Positions 1 to 12,420 are shown, counted from the first letter of the stretch. The stretch: DNA of 64,000 bases from Phoronis australis (GCA_002633005.1 NMRA01000018.1:381846-445845); one strand, 5' to 3'. Numbers and translations: made by a program. The notes: generated by a model from the sequence alone, not told the origin.

Positions 1-630
1 CGGTGTGCCCCCTAGTGGCAATTTTATTTTTTACGTTTACCTCTCTATCTTCACAAGTCCTTAACGGATTTTCATGAAATTTGGTATGTAGGCACCTATT
101 AGTGCGATGACGCTATCCTTCCGTTTTCGGATGGATTCGACATAGTTTGCGACACCCAGTGGCCATTTTTACTGTTTTTGAGTCTGTTTTTTGGCGTCCA
201 CCCCTCTATCAACCAAACCGCTCTAAGTATGATTGTGAAAATTGGCATGTATGTTCTTACTATGAAGAGGACGGTTGACGCTGAATTTCCCATGACTGAT
301 TACTGTGGCGCCTCCTAGTGGCAGTTTTGTTTGCGCCCATGGCTGTATCTCCCAAACCGTTTGCAGGATCTTTACTAAATTTAGCAAGTGGCCACTTCAT
401 GGTACCAATAAACAACCCTAGAAGGATACCGTATACGGTGCAATTGTGGGCGCATTTCAACGCTCTGCGTTGCTCTTGTTATGAAACATGGCATGTTCCT
501 ATTTTTGGATGGATTGTATGGTTTTGCGCCATCTAGTGGCCATTTTTATGATACAAATAAATAACCCTAAAAGCACACCATTTGCAATGCATTCGTGGGC
601 GCATTTCAACGCTCCGCGTTGCTCTTGTTT
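1..630 (+). mobile_element. Helentron/HINE-like non-autonomous element, 3' part: ~150-bp tandem monomers plus duplicated 3' hairpin terminus
   Basis: Monomers match those at 19600-21166 (ATTTTCATGAAATTTGG, GTGCCCCCTAGTGGC). The terminal module GCATTTCAACGCTCCGCGTTGCTCTTGTT, with hairpin CAACGC-TCC-GCGTTG, occurs at ~452-480 and ~601-629. Family assignment is inferred from this structure. Confidence 0.6.
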
Positions 631-1960
631 GAAAAAAGCGAGAAGCTAAAAATGCCACACCGCCGATCCGACTTTCAAGAAGGCTGAGCTCAAAACCAAC
701 TATGCTTTTCGGGCCTAATCCCGTACCAAATATTTCACAGCTGTTGTGCACCAATTCGAATCGCCAAATCCAGTTCGTGTGATCTGTCGAATGACTCGTT
801 TCTATCTATTCCCCCTCCAGATTTCATTCTCTGTTCATATTTCGGTGTCTTGGTCTGGTTGTAGGTGCTCGACCTTTCAACATTGCCGTTTAATCAAGTG
901 GTTTAGTATCGGTTTCAGAAAATCACAAGATGAAAACTGACGCATCTTTTTATTTTGCAGTCAATGGTCACTGTATTTGTTGCTGGCAGTATACCACTCA
1001 TTTGTCTGGAGCATGCTCATTCCGTATATACTGCCAACTTTTTTCATCAACCGGCTTTCTCCGTGTTCGTAAGCACCCAATAATGTATTTTGGTTCATTT
1101 AAGGCCTCGTAAATACCACAGGTAACGTTTTGATTTGCAACACAGACAAACTTGTGTTCCAAGGCAACTGTTACTTACACACAGGTTACGTGGCTAGCAA
1201 TGCACAGTGTGGATTTTATAAGCTTGTAATCGCAGCGCCATGCGCTCAACCCCAGTGCAGGGTGTCGATGTCCACAAGTTAAATGATCGGGGATCAGATC
1301 AAATTCTGTTGCACAAATATGCATGCTCATTCGTATACTAGGTGGAATGCTTTATTTTCTGTTTAACTCGACGATGCTCGCCGACTAGTAGGCCTACTTT
1401 GACGTCTCACATCTCGTTTTTGTGGTTTTCAGATCATTTCTAGACGGTGCCCAACTGTATCATTTTTTAGAACTTTTTATTTATTGTGGGTGCTTAAGAA
1501 CCCATCATTCCACTTTGACTTGGTCGGCATGTACGCGTTATCTCAGGAAATATTGTCGATAATCGTGCCAGCAACGAACACTGTCTGACGCATGGAATTC
1601 ACGTGAGTCTACAGTTATTGATAATTAGACGTAGATGTTGTTATTCCTGCGGTCGTGGACATACTATAAATACGCCTCATCAGGATACTGCAAGACACTG
1701 CAAGTATTTTTGAACAAGCCGTGTCAATGTGAGTGGAGGCTAAAATAGCCTGCACGCTGACGGCGTTTTTTCGCTGCTTTGATTGTGTCCTCCTGTGTTG
1801 CCATGGACATAGCCTTGGTGCAAAGCTGAAAAAAAAGTGTACTGCTTTCAAAGCGATAAAATATTTTTCTTTTTTACAAAAGGCGGAGAATTATGCAAGA
1901 AAATGACGTTTATTATATTTTTTTCACTTAAACGGCTGCAACGGTCAGAGTGAGTGTTAC

Positions 1961-2297
1961 ACAGTGGCCACCGTCTCTACTCTCACCGCCAGTAGAGACG
2001 GTGGAGCTCCTATGAGCGCTTTATACGCCTGAATCTTTTTAGCGAATTATACCTCGTACTGACTAAAACATCAAAGTCACGTTGTGTAGCTTTTGCGCAT
2101 AGAGGGACACCTTAGGAGACCGTCAATGTATTTAATCCCTTCCAACTCGAACAAATACTCCCGTTATGAAACGTTGTTTTTGAGCAGTCCCTCGTTCAGT
2201 TCCCCAAATCGACAACTCGACATTTTCACATTGCGCACGCCAGGGGATGTGACGTCATACCACTTGCCGCGGTTCCAGTAGAGACGGTGGTCACTGT
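1961..2297. mobile_element. MITE with ~21-bp terminal inverted repeats
   Basis: ACAGTGGCCACCGTCTCTACT at the left end and AGTAGAGACGGTGGTCACTGT at the right. The interior is homologous to the arms of the 54974-55872 element. No TSD was readable. Confidence 0.6.
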
Positions 2298-2759
2298 CTA
2301 GGTGAGTGTCAGCTGGCTCTCAGATTTTGCATACACCTCCGCCGGGCATTAACTCTACTTATTGACATACCGGTAAGTTTCACGACGAGGTGACGAGCAG
2401 AACTATTCGGGCGGTGTGAAAATTCGAGGTCTACAGCGGTTTTTAGCTGTATTTTGACGATAGTCTTCATACAGCTAGCAAAATTGGGCACCTCTGAAAT
2501 TCTGGGCAGATGTGGCTGCTTTGTGTACAGCCGATGATCAGAAAACTGAGACAATCGGACGCCTGTGATTTTACTCAGACCGTATTATGTATACCAGGGG
2601 CAAGCGGGGTTGACTGGTGAAAATGTTTATCCAATCGGACAGTTTGACATTTTATTGTTTTCATTTTTATGATAGAACGAGACAAAAATGTTTGATTTGA
2701 CCTTTTATGCCCGTACAAATAAGGCAACAGAAAAGTCCTGTTTAGACATCAACTTTTGG

Positions 2760-3143
2760 CCCGGCGCGACTGACACGGAGCAAATTGACCCGTGTCAAGC
2801 GGCCGTTTACACACACAACTCACTAAACGTGGCAAGACGGAAATTGCAGGCTGGAGAGACTGGATCGCACATGCGCAGGTTTACAAATGACGAGAGTTGC
2901 AGAGACAAAGAACCCGTATGAAGGTCATTGCACAAGCGCAGTAGAGATGATACGTTCCGCCTTGCTCCAGTTTCGCGTTTAGACTTATAATTGACACGGC
3001 GCAAGATGTTTGGGCGCAAATTGCTCTACCTCACAAACGGGTGGCAAAAATTTGTCACCGCCCTGTCAATTTGCTCCGTGTCAGTCCGTTTACACACTGT
3101 AACAACTTCTGCCGTGTCAACTTTGTAAGTGTAAACGGCACTT
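2760..3143. mobile_element. Probable MITE remnant (CCGTTTACAC/GTGTAAACGG type)
   Basis: Inverted subrepeats TGACACGGAGCAAATTGAC (~2771) and GTCAATTTGCTCCGTGTCA (~3065), repeated CCGTTTACAC, and a right end GTGTAAACGGCAC. Confidence 0.4.
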
Positions 3144-4954
3144 TAGACTCCTCCATTTAAAAAGGAATTACTTGAACTTTTGTACTGTTGGGTGGATCAA
3201 CTTAGTACCTTCGGTGCTCTGAGCTGATTTGTGGCATTTCTGAACTGTAGCGTTTGTTGTACTGCTTTGATCAGAACTGTGTAATTTGAAATCCGGCCTT
3301 AATTAGTGGAAAAATAACGTATGTCTTAAATAAGTTCTGCAGCGGTCTTAAAACGAAAAAAAAAATCGATCGTGATTGCCTCGTTTCCGCCTTTTACATT
3401 TTAGACCTTAGTTTTCAAAACACAACACCTAATGAGGTAATGCGGCGGAAGAGGGACACGCTCTCGACCTACTCAATAGATAGTTCCGACTTGTCAATCA
3501 CGCTAATGATTCCATCCAATCAGGGCGTAGAACAAGTAAACACTGCGACATCTAAAGTTATTTTGTTATATTGTACCTATAATATCAGTGCCCCATCACT
3601 GTCCCACAATCATTGGTTGCGAACGAAAACGTAAACATGGTTTTACGGCGCGCTTGTAATACTTGCTATGCAGATCAAGGGTATCTGGAAAACCGACGAA
3701 GAAGCATGTCTGTCGCTGATAAAAATAGACTTCCAAATGAGTTGAATTTACGTCTGGATATGAAAGGGTTTCATCTTCATAACGGTTCACAAATGTGAGT
3801 GCAACCTCCCCCAATTTCGTCTCCGTCGCCACCCCTGTTTCTCCTCGAAGACTATACCAGTTCTACTCCCTCTATTCCCAGCTGACTGTTTTACCTCCAC
3901 ATGAACCCCCGTCTACGTCTCTCTTATCTATTGTTACTTCTGCCCACGCCCCCTTTGATCGCTTAAGCAGGTACGTTGGAATGAAAACGTTCTATGGGGA
4001 GTGTGGGGGGAGGGGGGTCACAAACTAATTCGAATTCGTCAAACTTTTGTGCCTCTGGTCCCAAAGTCGGATTCTTCCCTATCGCCACCTCCTTTACCCC
4101 TCTGGTCGTCGCCAATGTTGTGCCCCCTCGCCATAGGCGTGCGGACTTTGCTGTGGAAAGGCAAACTCCGTGGAGACAGTACAAGCTTCAACAAAATTTG
4201 GCTAGAAAGGGTAACCTTTTAGGCGTGGGCTTGTTACGCGTAAAGGGTATGATTTTGACCTTTAGGATGCCAAGTATACTGACAAAGTAATTCTTTAGAG
4301 GATATAAAAACGTATGAAACCCGTATCGCGGACTATGAAAGGAGAAATGTGAGAACAGCATCATCTCCGCTTCACTCTGTTTCCAAGGGTGAAAATGAAA
4401 CCCATAGCTGGGGAAAGTTCACTCTGTTATGGTCATGCCTTGAAAGGATTCGGCGGCTCCGGAGTCGCTGGTACACTGCTTATGGTGCTGTTTGGAAATC
4501 CCTGCCTTGAAATTGGTGGCAGAGTTCACAGTTTCAAGTGGAGAAGTACTCCCCCCACCCCTGGCGTACAAATGACATTGAACTTGTCGAATTTCGTCTT
4601 TCTTCTTCAAAATTCTTATAGGGACGTTTCAGATTGGCAGAGGTGCTATTTCTATCAAACGATGTGCCATTTCAAAAAATGTGAAAAGTTGGCGATAAAT
4701 TAGTTCATTATTCCTTGATAAAAAGTTGTCCTTAAAGAAATGCAGCCTTGCATTCCCCAAAAATAGGCTTCTTGACATTTTCGAACATATGCATGAATAT
4801 GAGCGTAAACAATCCATACTGCGATTTTTTTCAAAGCATCTAACAAAATGTACCGCCCACTACCCCTAAGGGTACATCCAATACTTCTAGTTGACAAACA
4901 TTGTCTAAAAATTTCTCTCTTCACGTTTCTGTGTGTGTCTCTCTCATTCACACA

Positions 4955-5011
4955 ACCCACGCGTGCACACGCACGCACGCACACACACTCACACACACAC
5001 ACACACACACA
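4955..5011. repeat. (CA)n/(CACG)n microsatellite
   Basis: Seen directly in the sequence. Confidence 0.9.
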
Positions 5012-5140
5012 TTCGAGACCAGATATCAAATTTAGTACTTACTCTTAATTAAAGAAACAAAGGTGCCAAATAGTACAATATTCTATTAAGTACCTTATTT
5101 TCACAGATGAATAACTCTCACGGAGGTTTGCTGTGCTTAA

Positions 5141-6134
5141 AGGACAATGCGATTTAATTAGTCTTTTTTTAATGTCTTAATCGCTCTGTGGCCACATCGG
5201 CTCGTACACGGTCGACCTTGCTTTGCCGAGAGGTGTCGCGTTAACCTGTGAGGAAGGTGAGAAACTCCACAGCAACGTCAGTTGTTTTATCTGCTGAGTG
5301 AGTGCCGCCATGATGTGGTGTGTCGTTACCGCGTGTGCGAACTATGAAGCTGCTAGGAAAGCGGGTACATCGTTTTTCCTCGAGAGCCCGAAATGCTTCG
5401 AAAGTGGCTCGCGGCAGTGAAAAATGAAAAGTACGGCGTTCATAACATGTACGAGGCCATGAAACATCTCCGTGTCTGTGGCCGTCATTTCGTGGACTGT
5501 GATTTCACTGACGAATCCCAGCTTGCCAAACAGCTCATGCCAGGGCAGAAAATGCGACCGAGGCTGAAGTCAGATGCTGTGCCTAGAGTGTTTGCGTTCG
5601 TCAGGCAGACAAAGAAACCTGGATCAGTCGTTTCCATTATGGTGCAATTAGCCCACTGACACCGAGCCACTGGCCGGGATAACAAGCGTTTTGTGTGTTT
5701 AGAACTCAAAAAAAATCACAAGTCTAAACAACACAGATCTAGGTTCTCCTGTCTGTATTTCACAGAAAAATACTTCGAATTTATTTCCGAACAGACCCCA
5801 AACTCCTGCTACGGACCTTGGTAAATTGGCCTGCCCTAACAGCGAAATAAAACAACACGTTTTTATAAGAACTCGGTGTATTTTTAAGGGTTTTACATCG
5901 AAGTTTAATGATTTATTGGTGTTAAACGATGAATTCAAGCGATAAGCTGACACCTGTATCCGGTATTGTGAACTGCTGAAGAGACTGCGTGTGAAACCGA
6001 TGACGTCATTGGATAATTTCAACACCTCCGTCTACCGTCAGGTGTCAGGTAACGCAACCGAATTTGCCGTTATCGAATAGAACTACTCGATCTAAATTGA
6101 TACAAAATAGGTTGTTTTTTGGTGGCATGTTCCC
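5141..6134 (+). mobile_element. Non-autonomous Kolobok-like DNA transposon with a frameshifted THAP domain
   Basis: Flanked by TTAA (5137-5140, 6135-6138) with imperfect TIRs (AGGACAATGC vs reverse-complement GGGAACATGC). GCCGCCATG at 5310 opens MMWCVVTAC; a shifted frame then gives FPREPEMLRKWL...RVCGRHF...RLKSDAVPRVF, the C2CH THAP signature with AVP box. TTAA target, purine-purine ends and THAP fit Kolobok. Confidence 0.6.
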
Positions 6135-6765
6135 TTAATTCGAATACCTCCACCATGCTCGGCTGCCACGGAGTGGCACTATGTCATCTGAACGAGGCGA
6201 AGCGTCCTCTACGCATCTATTTTGACCTCGTGTTTAGCCAAGTTACTTAATTTGGATAATTGCCAATTCAATTGTAAGTAACTACGTCGTTCAATTAAAA
6301 AATTTCCGACCTGGTCCTTTCGAAATGGACGGAATCTTGGAAATGTTATAACGCGTTCCGTCCAAGAAGCAAACTTTTGATTTAGACCATTTACCCTTTT
6401 GAAATTTTGTCTCAGCTTGTACCTTATTCAGATGAGAAATGATTTCTTGGCTTGCAAAGAACTGGCTGTTCGTTATTCCTTGAGACCATGTTCGGCGAAT
6501 ATAATGACCAGCCGTGACAAGTCAACTTGTTGAGCGTGGTCTCGAGCAATAACGAACTGTCCGTTCTTTCGAAACCCCGCCTTAAGTTTGACTCGAAGAA
6601 CAACGCGAGACCATTGTCATAACGGTAAGGAATAAAGATCAAACATTTTTATGATGGAAATTGGGTTTATATCCAATCGTTGACATCGTTGTTAAACTCT
6701 TGACTTTATTTGGAATTGTGCTCTTTCTGTAACTTTGTCGTGTATTTTCAGAACGTTAACTTGTC

Positions 6766-7068
6766 ATGGGCCAAAGAAAACGCCATGACCAGGATATCCA
6801 TGGAATTTTAGCTACACATCACAAGCACTATACATCGCCTGAGGATTTGCTGCAGCACGTGGGATTTGAAGCTGCACAGAAATATTTGGCTTCGTGTAAG
6901 GGTGAAGACAAACTGGAATTTGACGAGGTTCGCCAGGAACTCCACAATATCAAAGATTGCAATGAAGAAGGCTTGTTGCGTCGGCTTTCTATGGGTTTTG
7001 CAGCACTCTTTTATTACGCCATGAACCTGTTCACGTGCCCTTGGAAGAGGGAGTTTAGAACCATCAAA
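6766..7068 (+). CDS. SPATA2/Tamozhennic-like protein, coding exon 1 (PUB-like domain, N-terminal part)
   Basis: Acceptor TTTTCAG ends at 6751, ATG at 6766. Encodes ...YAMNLFTCPWKREFRTIK followed by a phase-0 GTAAGT donor at 7069. PW(K/R)xEF(R/K)TIK-TYxGYY is characteristic of SPATA2-family PUB domains. Confidence 0.85.
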
Positions 7069-8893
7069 GTAAGTTCAGTATTAAAGGAATACGTTTACCA
7101 CTTTTGTAAGCGTTTTTACGGTCGTTATCGGTAACCGAGTCTTGTTAGATGACTTCCGCACTACCCAAGCGGTAATTTGGTAATGACGTAATTTTGGCGT
7201 CGCTGTGAGTGCTCAAAGCTTTTATGTTGCAAACTTTAGGGTGTCCTGTTTTCTTCGTGGCTGTAAGCTTAATAAAGAGTCGCATCGCGCTGGGATGATA
7301 TTTCACACTCTCTCAAAGTACGCAGCGGGGCTCCAAGAATGGCTGGCAATTAACGGTCGAAATTTGCCTGTTAGCTCAGACTACAATGAAGTCAAAGGCG
7401 TTCGCTCCACGCTTTGCTGAATAGGACAACAGTCTTAACATAGGATTTAGAATATCCACGAATTTCATCTTTTTTTTCTCAAAGAATGCACTGGGCTATT
7501 AATATTACATCGGTTTTTTGTTAACTTCCATATTTGCGCATTCTTTACAGTCACTGTACTGGCTTTTCCAGAAATATTCAACTGGGTGGCCAAACGCGAT
7601 CTCACCAATGATCCAACTGTAGTATACTGACCCTGAAATTTGTAGTTACTTATTTCACGAAAAGTGCTTTTCTCCAATATCCATGCACCTGCAGAAAGAT
7701 ATCTGAAATTCACTTCTATTGGAGTAGCCAACTTTTGGCTTTGAGGTATCACTCCACTGCTAGCCGGTAACTCAACTTTGGTGTGCATCACCCAGGATCA
7801 CCATAACAGTTTAGGTGTAGCTTTTCGTCAAGTATAACACTGCGAAAACACGTTGGAAACTTGCCGTAGAGTCACACAATCAGTCAAGTTCACAAGCCCA
7901 TCAAACCTCCAGTCGAGAAGAAATGGAGATCGGAACCGTATCAAGTGCTGGACGGTTGCCCTATTTCCTCCGTCGCTCACAATTTTTACCAATCTCCTGG
8001 CTGCTAATTTTCATGCTTGCCTAGGAATACCACCTGTTCGATCGAAAAGCTGTCATGTATACTTACATGTTCGATCAAAAAGCTGTCATGTATAATTGCT
8101 CAAAATTTATTTAATACAAACGCTCGCACACACTGTGCAGGTGTCATAACAATGCCAAAATGATCCCAGACCTACATTTTCGATCAGTGATCCCGGAGAA
8201 CCGCTTTCAGAGTGTGCTCGATGTCTTACGAAAGTGATCGTTTCGACCTAGGACCCAATAGGTTTGTTGTTCAAAAACAGATTGAGATAAAGTTGTTTTT
8301 GGGTAGAAAGTTCCTTTTTAAGTTCGTTGAGCAGAATGCCTACATGTATGTATGTAGTGATGTTGCATTTTTAAGACCGGTTCAAGGGTACTCCGTATTC
8401 TCATGAACTCAGTGTCCTACCTGCATGTACGTGTAACACAGCATTCTGGTATTCATTGCACAAGGCTCCGCGATGATGGCATTCAACTATATACAGGACT
8501 GCGTTCCATTGAAACTAGAAATTCGCGAAAATGTTGTTCTTCACGAGATATTGGCATGGATTAAGGGCGAAGCACATGATCACATTAGCTTCTTTCACGA
8601 GTTTTGCAGACCAGGCGACCTAGTTCCTTGTAAGAAAAGCAAGATCTCGTAAGACGTCGTAAAATGACGGGATTGAAAAGGGAGTGTTACTCCGGTAAGC
8701 CTGTCCAAGGAAAATGACGGCCAATAAAGTGATTGGAGAGGTTGGAGTGTTGAATTCTGGGATTGAACTCACTGTTTCCGTTCCATAAGCCCGCAAGCTC
8801 AAGCTAGTGTGCCGTTCTCGGAACTCGGTCATGCAGGATACTGAAAACGACAAATTCTTTGCTTATGCACCTGTCTTCGAATTGAATGACAAG

Positions 8894-9006
8894 TATGGGC
8901 AGCAAAAAGGTTCAAAATAGACAACACTGCCAAATAAATAAGTTAGTTTTCAAACCAATTGTTTATTTGGCAGTGTTGCCCATTTTGAACCTTTTAGCTT
9001 CCCATA
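8894..9006. mobile_element. Small palindromic MITE (~113 bp)
   Basis: TATGGGCAGCAAAAAGGTTCAAAAT...ATTTTGAACCTTTTAGCTTCCCATA folds almost end to end. A related left arm lies at ~47650-47750. Confidence 0.65.
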
Positions 9007-11232
9007 GGCAAGCCCGTTCAAATATCTAATTTAGTTTAGAAATTGACTCAGTGACTCTCCTCTCACGTCACATTTTTCTAGGCCTGGAACGCGATAAACA
9101 GACTAAATTGCAACATTGAAAGGGGTTCTCTGGCACTGAAATAGAATTCAACTTGCACGCCAGGTATTTTAGAGTTTGCCCATACAGATTTTTAATGCTT
9201 GTTGATATCAAAGCATTTTATTTTGGTTTCAAATTTCAAAAAAAAAACGATCTATCAACTGCTCGCCACTTCGTCGGTGTTTTCCCACTTGGCAAAGCAC
9301 ATCTCCTTATTTGGAATGGCAAGACATAGACTAGCACATTTCCCTTATGTAGAAACTGTGACCTTTGACCGCAAGCTACTTTAAGCAACTGACAGTGAGC
9401 GCATGGGAGGGGAATAAGAAACTCTGTGGTAACCACATGGTTATTTTTTGCGCGTATTTCAGAAATCGTGAATTTTGTAATTTTTCTGAAAATTTCCTCA
9501 CTGGTGATAGTGAATTACTCTGTACTAGATGTTACGAGGTGAGATCAGAAATTGTTGTTAAGATATTTTTGATTTACTTTCACGTTCCACGCCTCTTTAA
9601 TACAAGTGATATGGGGCGTCTAATATTTATTCCATAACGTTTTGTATTTTATTTCCGAAAATCTTTTCGAGCACCGACACCTGATCCTGATAATGTCTCA
9701 TGCTAACGTTGCCGGTCGTAATAGGGTAAGGACAGAATTTACATGCCGACCCTCTTGTTTATTACCGTCCGCGTTGCTTGTTGACCTTCCACATGACTGT
9801 TCACGTCAGCACGTGGAAGCGACGAGGTCATCCTGTTACCAACACAATGGTGTTCCTTCCATGACAGCAGGCAACGGGTCAATTGAGTTCGGTTGACATG
9901 TACTCTCCCGAGGTAGTGGCAGATGTGAGACAAATACAGTTTCAAGCACTACGTCTTACTTGACCTTGTGCCTTACAAATGACCACGTTGCCATTGTCTT
10001 CTTCAAGTCGATGGGCTTAGTGGAGCGACGTGGTGGAACTTTTTGGAACGTGGTGATATTTCCGACCCGTTTCTATGCAAAGTGACCAGGTGGATCGTCT
10101 CGTCGGCCTGGTCAAGCACCAAGTCGAATAGGTCGAGCTCTGCGATGACGTGGTGGAGCACAAAGTCAATGTGGTCAACCACTGCGTCGCTGTTTAGACG
10201 TCATCTGCTGAAAGCTGTCTGTCAGTATTGAATCATTTTGTTGACGGGTTTAGGATATGACGTGGGGTCCCATCCGCGAGGTCCTCATGAAAAGCGGTGT
10301 GGCGCGCTGATTTCGTTGGATTTTCGTGTGGCCCTATGGCCCCTAAGTCCGCCTATATGCTAAATGAGACATTTTTCACTAGCGTTTTTTCTTCACTTCC
10401 TTGTATGACATGTAGTCAACGTATTCCCCTGCACCGTGATATGATAAAAACTCGTGAAAGTTGGCTAGTATTTGAATTACTTTTGATTGACTGTCGTAAA
10501 CAATCTTGGTGAGTTTACACAGACTTGTTGAAATGATTTTCTAATTTAGGCTCAGTCCTCATGCTAAGACACCTTTTTCTGGTGCAAGTTACGTGCATCA
10601 TGTACAGGGAGTACTGAAAAACTCTGGATCGACCCCGATGACTTTTCAGCCAAACCGTTTTCTGCACGCAGTACATAAAGCCAGTTGCGGAAAGACAAGT
10701 TATTCCTAAAATCGATTTTCACTCTCCTTTTCGATGTCTCCCACTATGCATATGTGGGTCTTGCAACTTAACCAGGGTTCTGTTAAGTGAAATGTCGCAC
10801 TTTTAGGATGCTGTTTTTACATAGATTCTAAACGGAGACTTACGCCCCGTCGTAGAGGTTTGGTGCAGCTCCCCGCTGAGATTATGTATACAACGTCGTG
10901 GCGTGACGTCATTTTAGTGATTCAGGCTCCAAACGCCAGTTTTATTAAAACCTTACATCTGATCGTAGCTCGGAAGGTAATTGGAATTGATTTGCAAACG
11001 CATTGTTTCTGTTTTGATTAGAGTGAAACTTTGGAGTTATTATTTACTTGACAACAATTATTGTACAAATTCATACTTAATGACCAATTTCATAAATCAA
11101 GATGAAGAACTATCTGCCTGCAAAAATCATAAGTTACAACACTATGACCTATTGGCCTTTGGTAGGGCGAATCTGTATGTTTGTCATAACCAGAATCGGG
11201 CTGCTGTTCTGAACTGTTCTTTTTTCCTTCAG

Positions 11233-12420
11233 ACTTATGGCGGTTACTACAATATCCATGTTAAGTCGGTTCTTAAAGATCCTACAAGAATATTTCAACT
11301 CATGGGTTATGTGGAAAAAGATGACGTCCTCAAGCTTGAAGGGTCCGTAAATAAGGAGAGAGTTTTGGATGTGGCTGTGTGTTGTTTAATTGCCTCATGT
11401 GAAGTTTGTGTAGTTATTGATGTGTATGTTGCTCTCAACAAGGAATGCAGTGTTAGTGATATTCTGGAATGTCGACGGCGAACTGTCGGTTCTGCCAGTG
11501 ACTGTGTTTCATGGATTCGTGGGAGCTACTTCCGTGAGCCTGAAACAGGTCGCCTCAAAGACGTCGTGAGCAGAAGTTCTTTTGCAGCCAGTGAACGTTA
11601 TAAAGAACCGTTTGACGTCAGAGACCTGCGTAAAGAAGGCTTGTTGAACAGAGATCACTGGAGTGACTCGCATCAAACTTCTAGAGGCACTGGAAGTTCT
11701 ACTATATCCTCAGATAGGGCAATCAATTTTCTTAAGGAAGAGTTGCCGTTGGAACCTATGGTGTCTAAGTTTTCTCACGATAGTGATTTGCCCAAAACCA
11801 TTGCGAACTTGGACGAATCATCCGAGGAAGAGATCTATCAGCCGGCGTCCCATGATAAACACGTGGAGCAAAGTCTGCAAGTTTTAGAAAATGAAAGTCC
11901 AAGCGCGAAAGACATGGATAGCCATGACAAAGGAAGTTTTCAAGATTGGAGCATTGTTTATGCCACTTTAGGGAAGGACTATTATGTTGGAGACAGAGGC
12001 GATATCACGGCACAGTTAGCTCCTGAGGTCACTACTGTGAAGACAAAACCAGTGAAGGTCCTCCGAATGCGAGAACTGCCTCGCGAGGTAGTTGCAGATG
12101 GCGGATCGCCAGTCCCACTGCAACAAACGTCCAACGTCGTTGATAGCTCGCCAGTCTCGAAACACGATCCAGATTGGCTCAAAGTAGACCTGACGTCCAC
12201 GGATGTTAACAGTGGCGTTTGGAATTGTCCCAAGTGTACGTCATTAAACGTGTCTAGCGCTGTTGTATGCAGTATTTGTTCTGCCAGCCGCCGCGGACAC
12301 ACAAGAACGCTCCCCAGTGGAGCTCCTGAGTGCCGCCAATGTACGCTAGTCAACAAAATTGGGGCTACACAATGCGAAGTCTGCGGAAATCCACTCGTCG
12401 GATCTCCCACTTACATTTAG
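11233..12420 (+). CDS. SPATA2/Tamozhennic-like protein, coding exon 2 (rest of PUB-like domain, low-complexity linker, two RanBP2/NZF-type zinc fingers); spliced product 496 aa
   Basis: Acceptor TTTTTCCTTCAG ends at 11232, in frame with TYGGYYNIHVK...IFQLMGY. C-terminal WNCPKCTSLN...CSIC and ECRQCTLVN...CEVC. Stop TAG at 12418-12420. Confidence 0.88.
   Translation, partial: TYGGYYNIHVKSVLKDPTRIFQLMGYVEKDDVLKLEGSVNKERVLDVAVCCLIASCEVCVVIDVYVALNKECSVSDILECRRRTVGSASDCVSWIRGSYFREPETGRLKDVVSRSSFAASERYKEPFDVRDLRKEGLLNRDHWSDSHQTSRGTGSSTISSDRAINFLKEELPLEPMVSKFSHDSDLPKTIANLDESSEEEIYQPASHDKHVEQSLQVLENESPSAKDMDSHDKGSFQDWSIVYATLGKDYYVGDRGDITAQLAPEVTTVKTKPVKVLRMRELPREVVADGGSPVPLQQTSNVVDSSPVSKHDPDWLKVDLTSTDVNSGVWNCPKCTSLNVSSAVVCSICSASRRGHTRTLPSGAPECRQCTLVNKIGATQCEVCGNPLVGSPTYI

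Noticed and set aside
8035-8094. 33-bp tandem duplication (also ~20-bp repeats at 47690-47745)
   Set aside because: Two or three copies only; ordinary slippage.
9700-10300. Possible piggyBac-like transposase remnant on the minus strand
   Set aside because: Only vague similarity by eye (LDLFDLVLD...ET); no catalytic motifs or TTAA-bounded ends found.
10981-11232. First 84 codons of the 479-aa ORF as part of the protein
   Set aside because: Starts at TTG and lies upstream of a clear acceptor at 11232. It is intron sequence that happens to be open.
11982-12410. 142-aa antisense ORF
   Set aside because: Shadow of the SPATA2-like coding exon, with no independent features.
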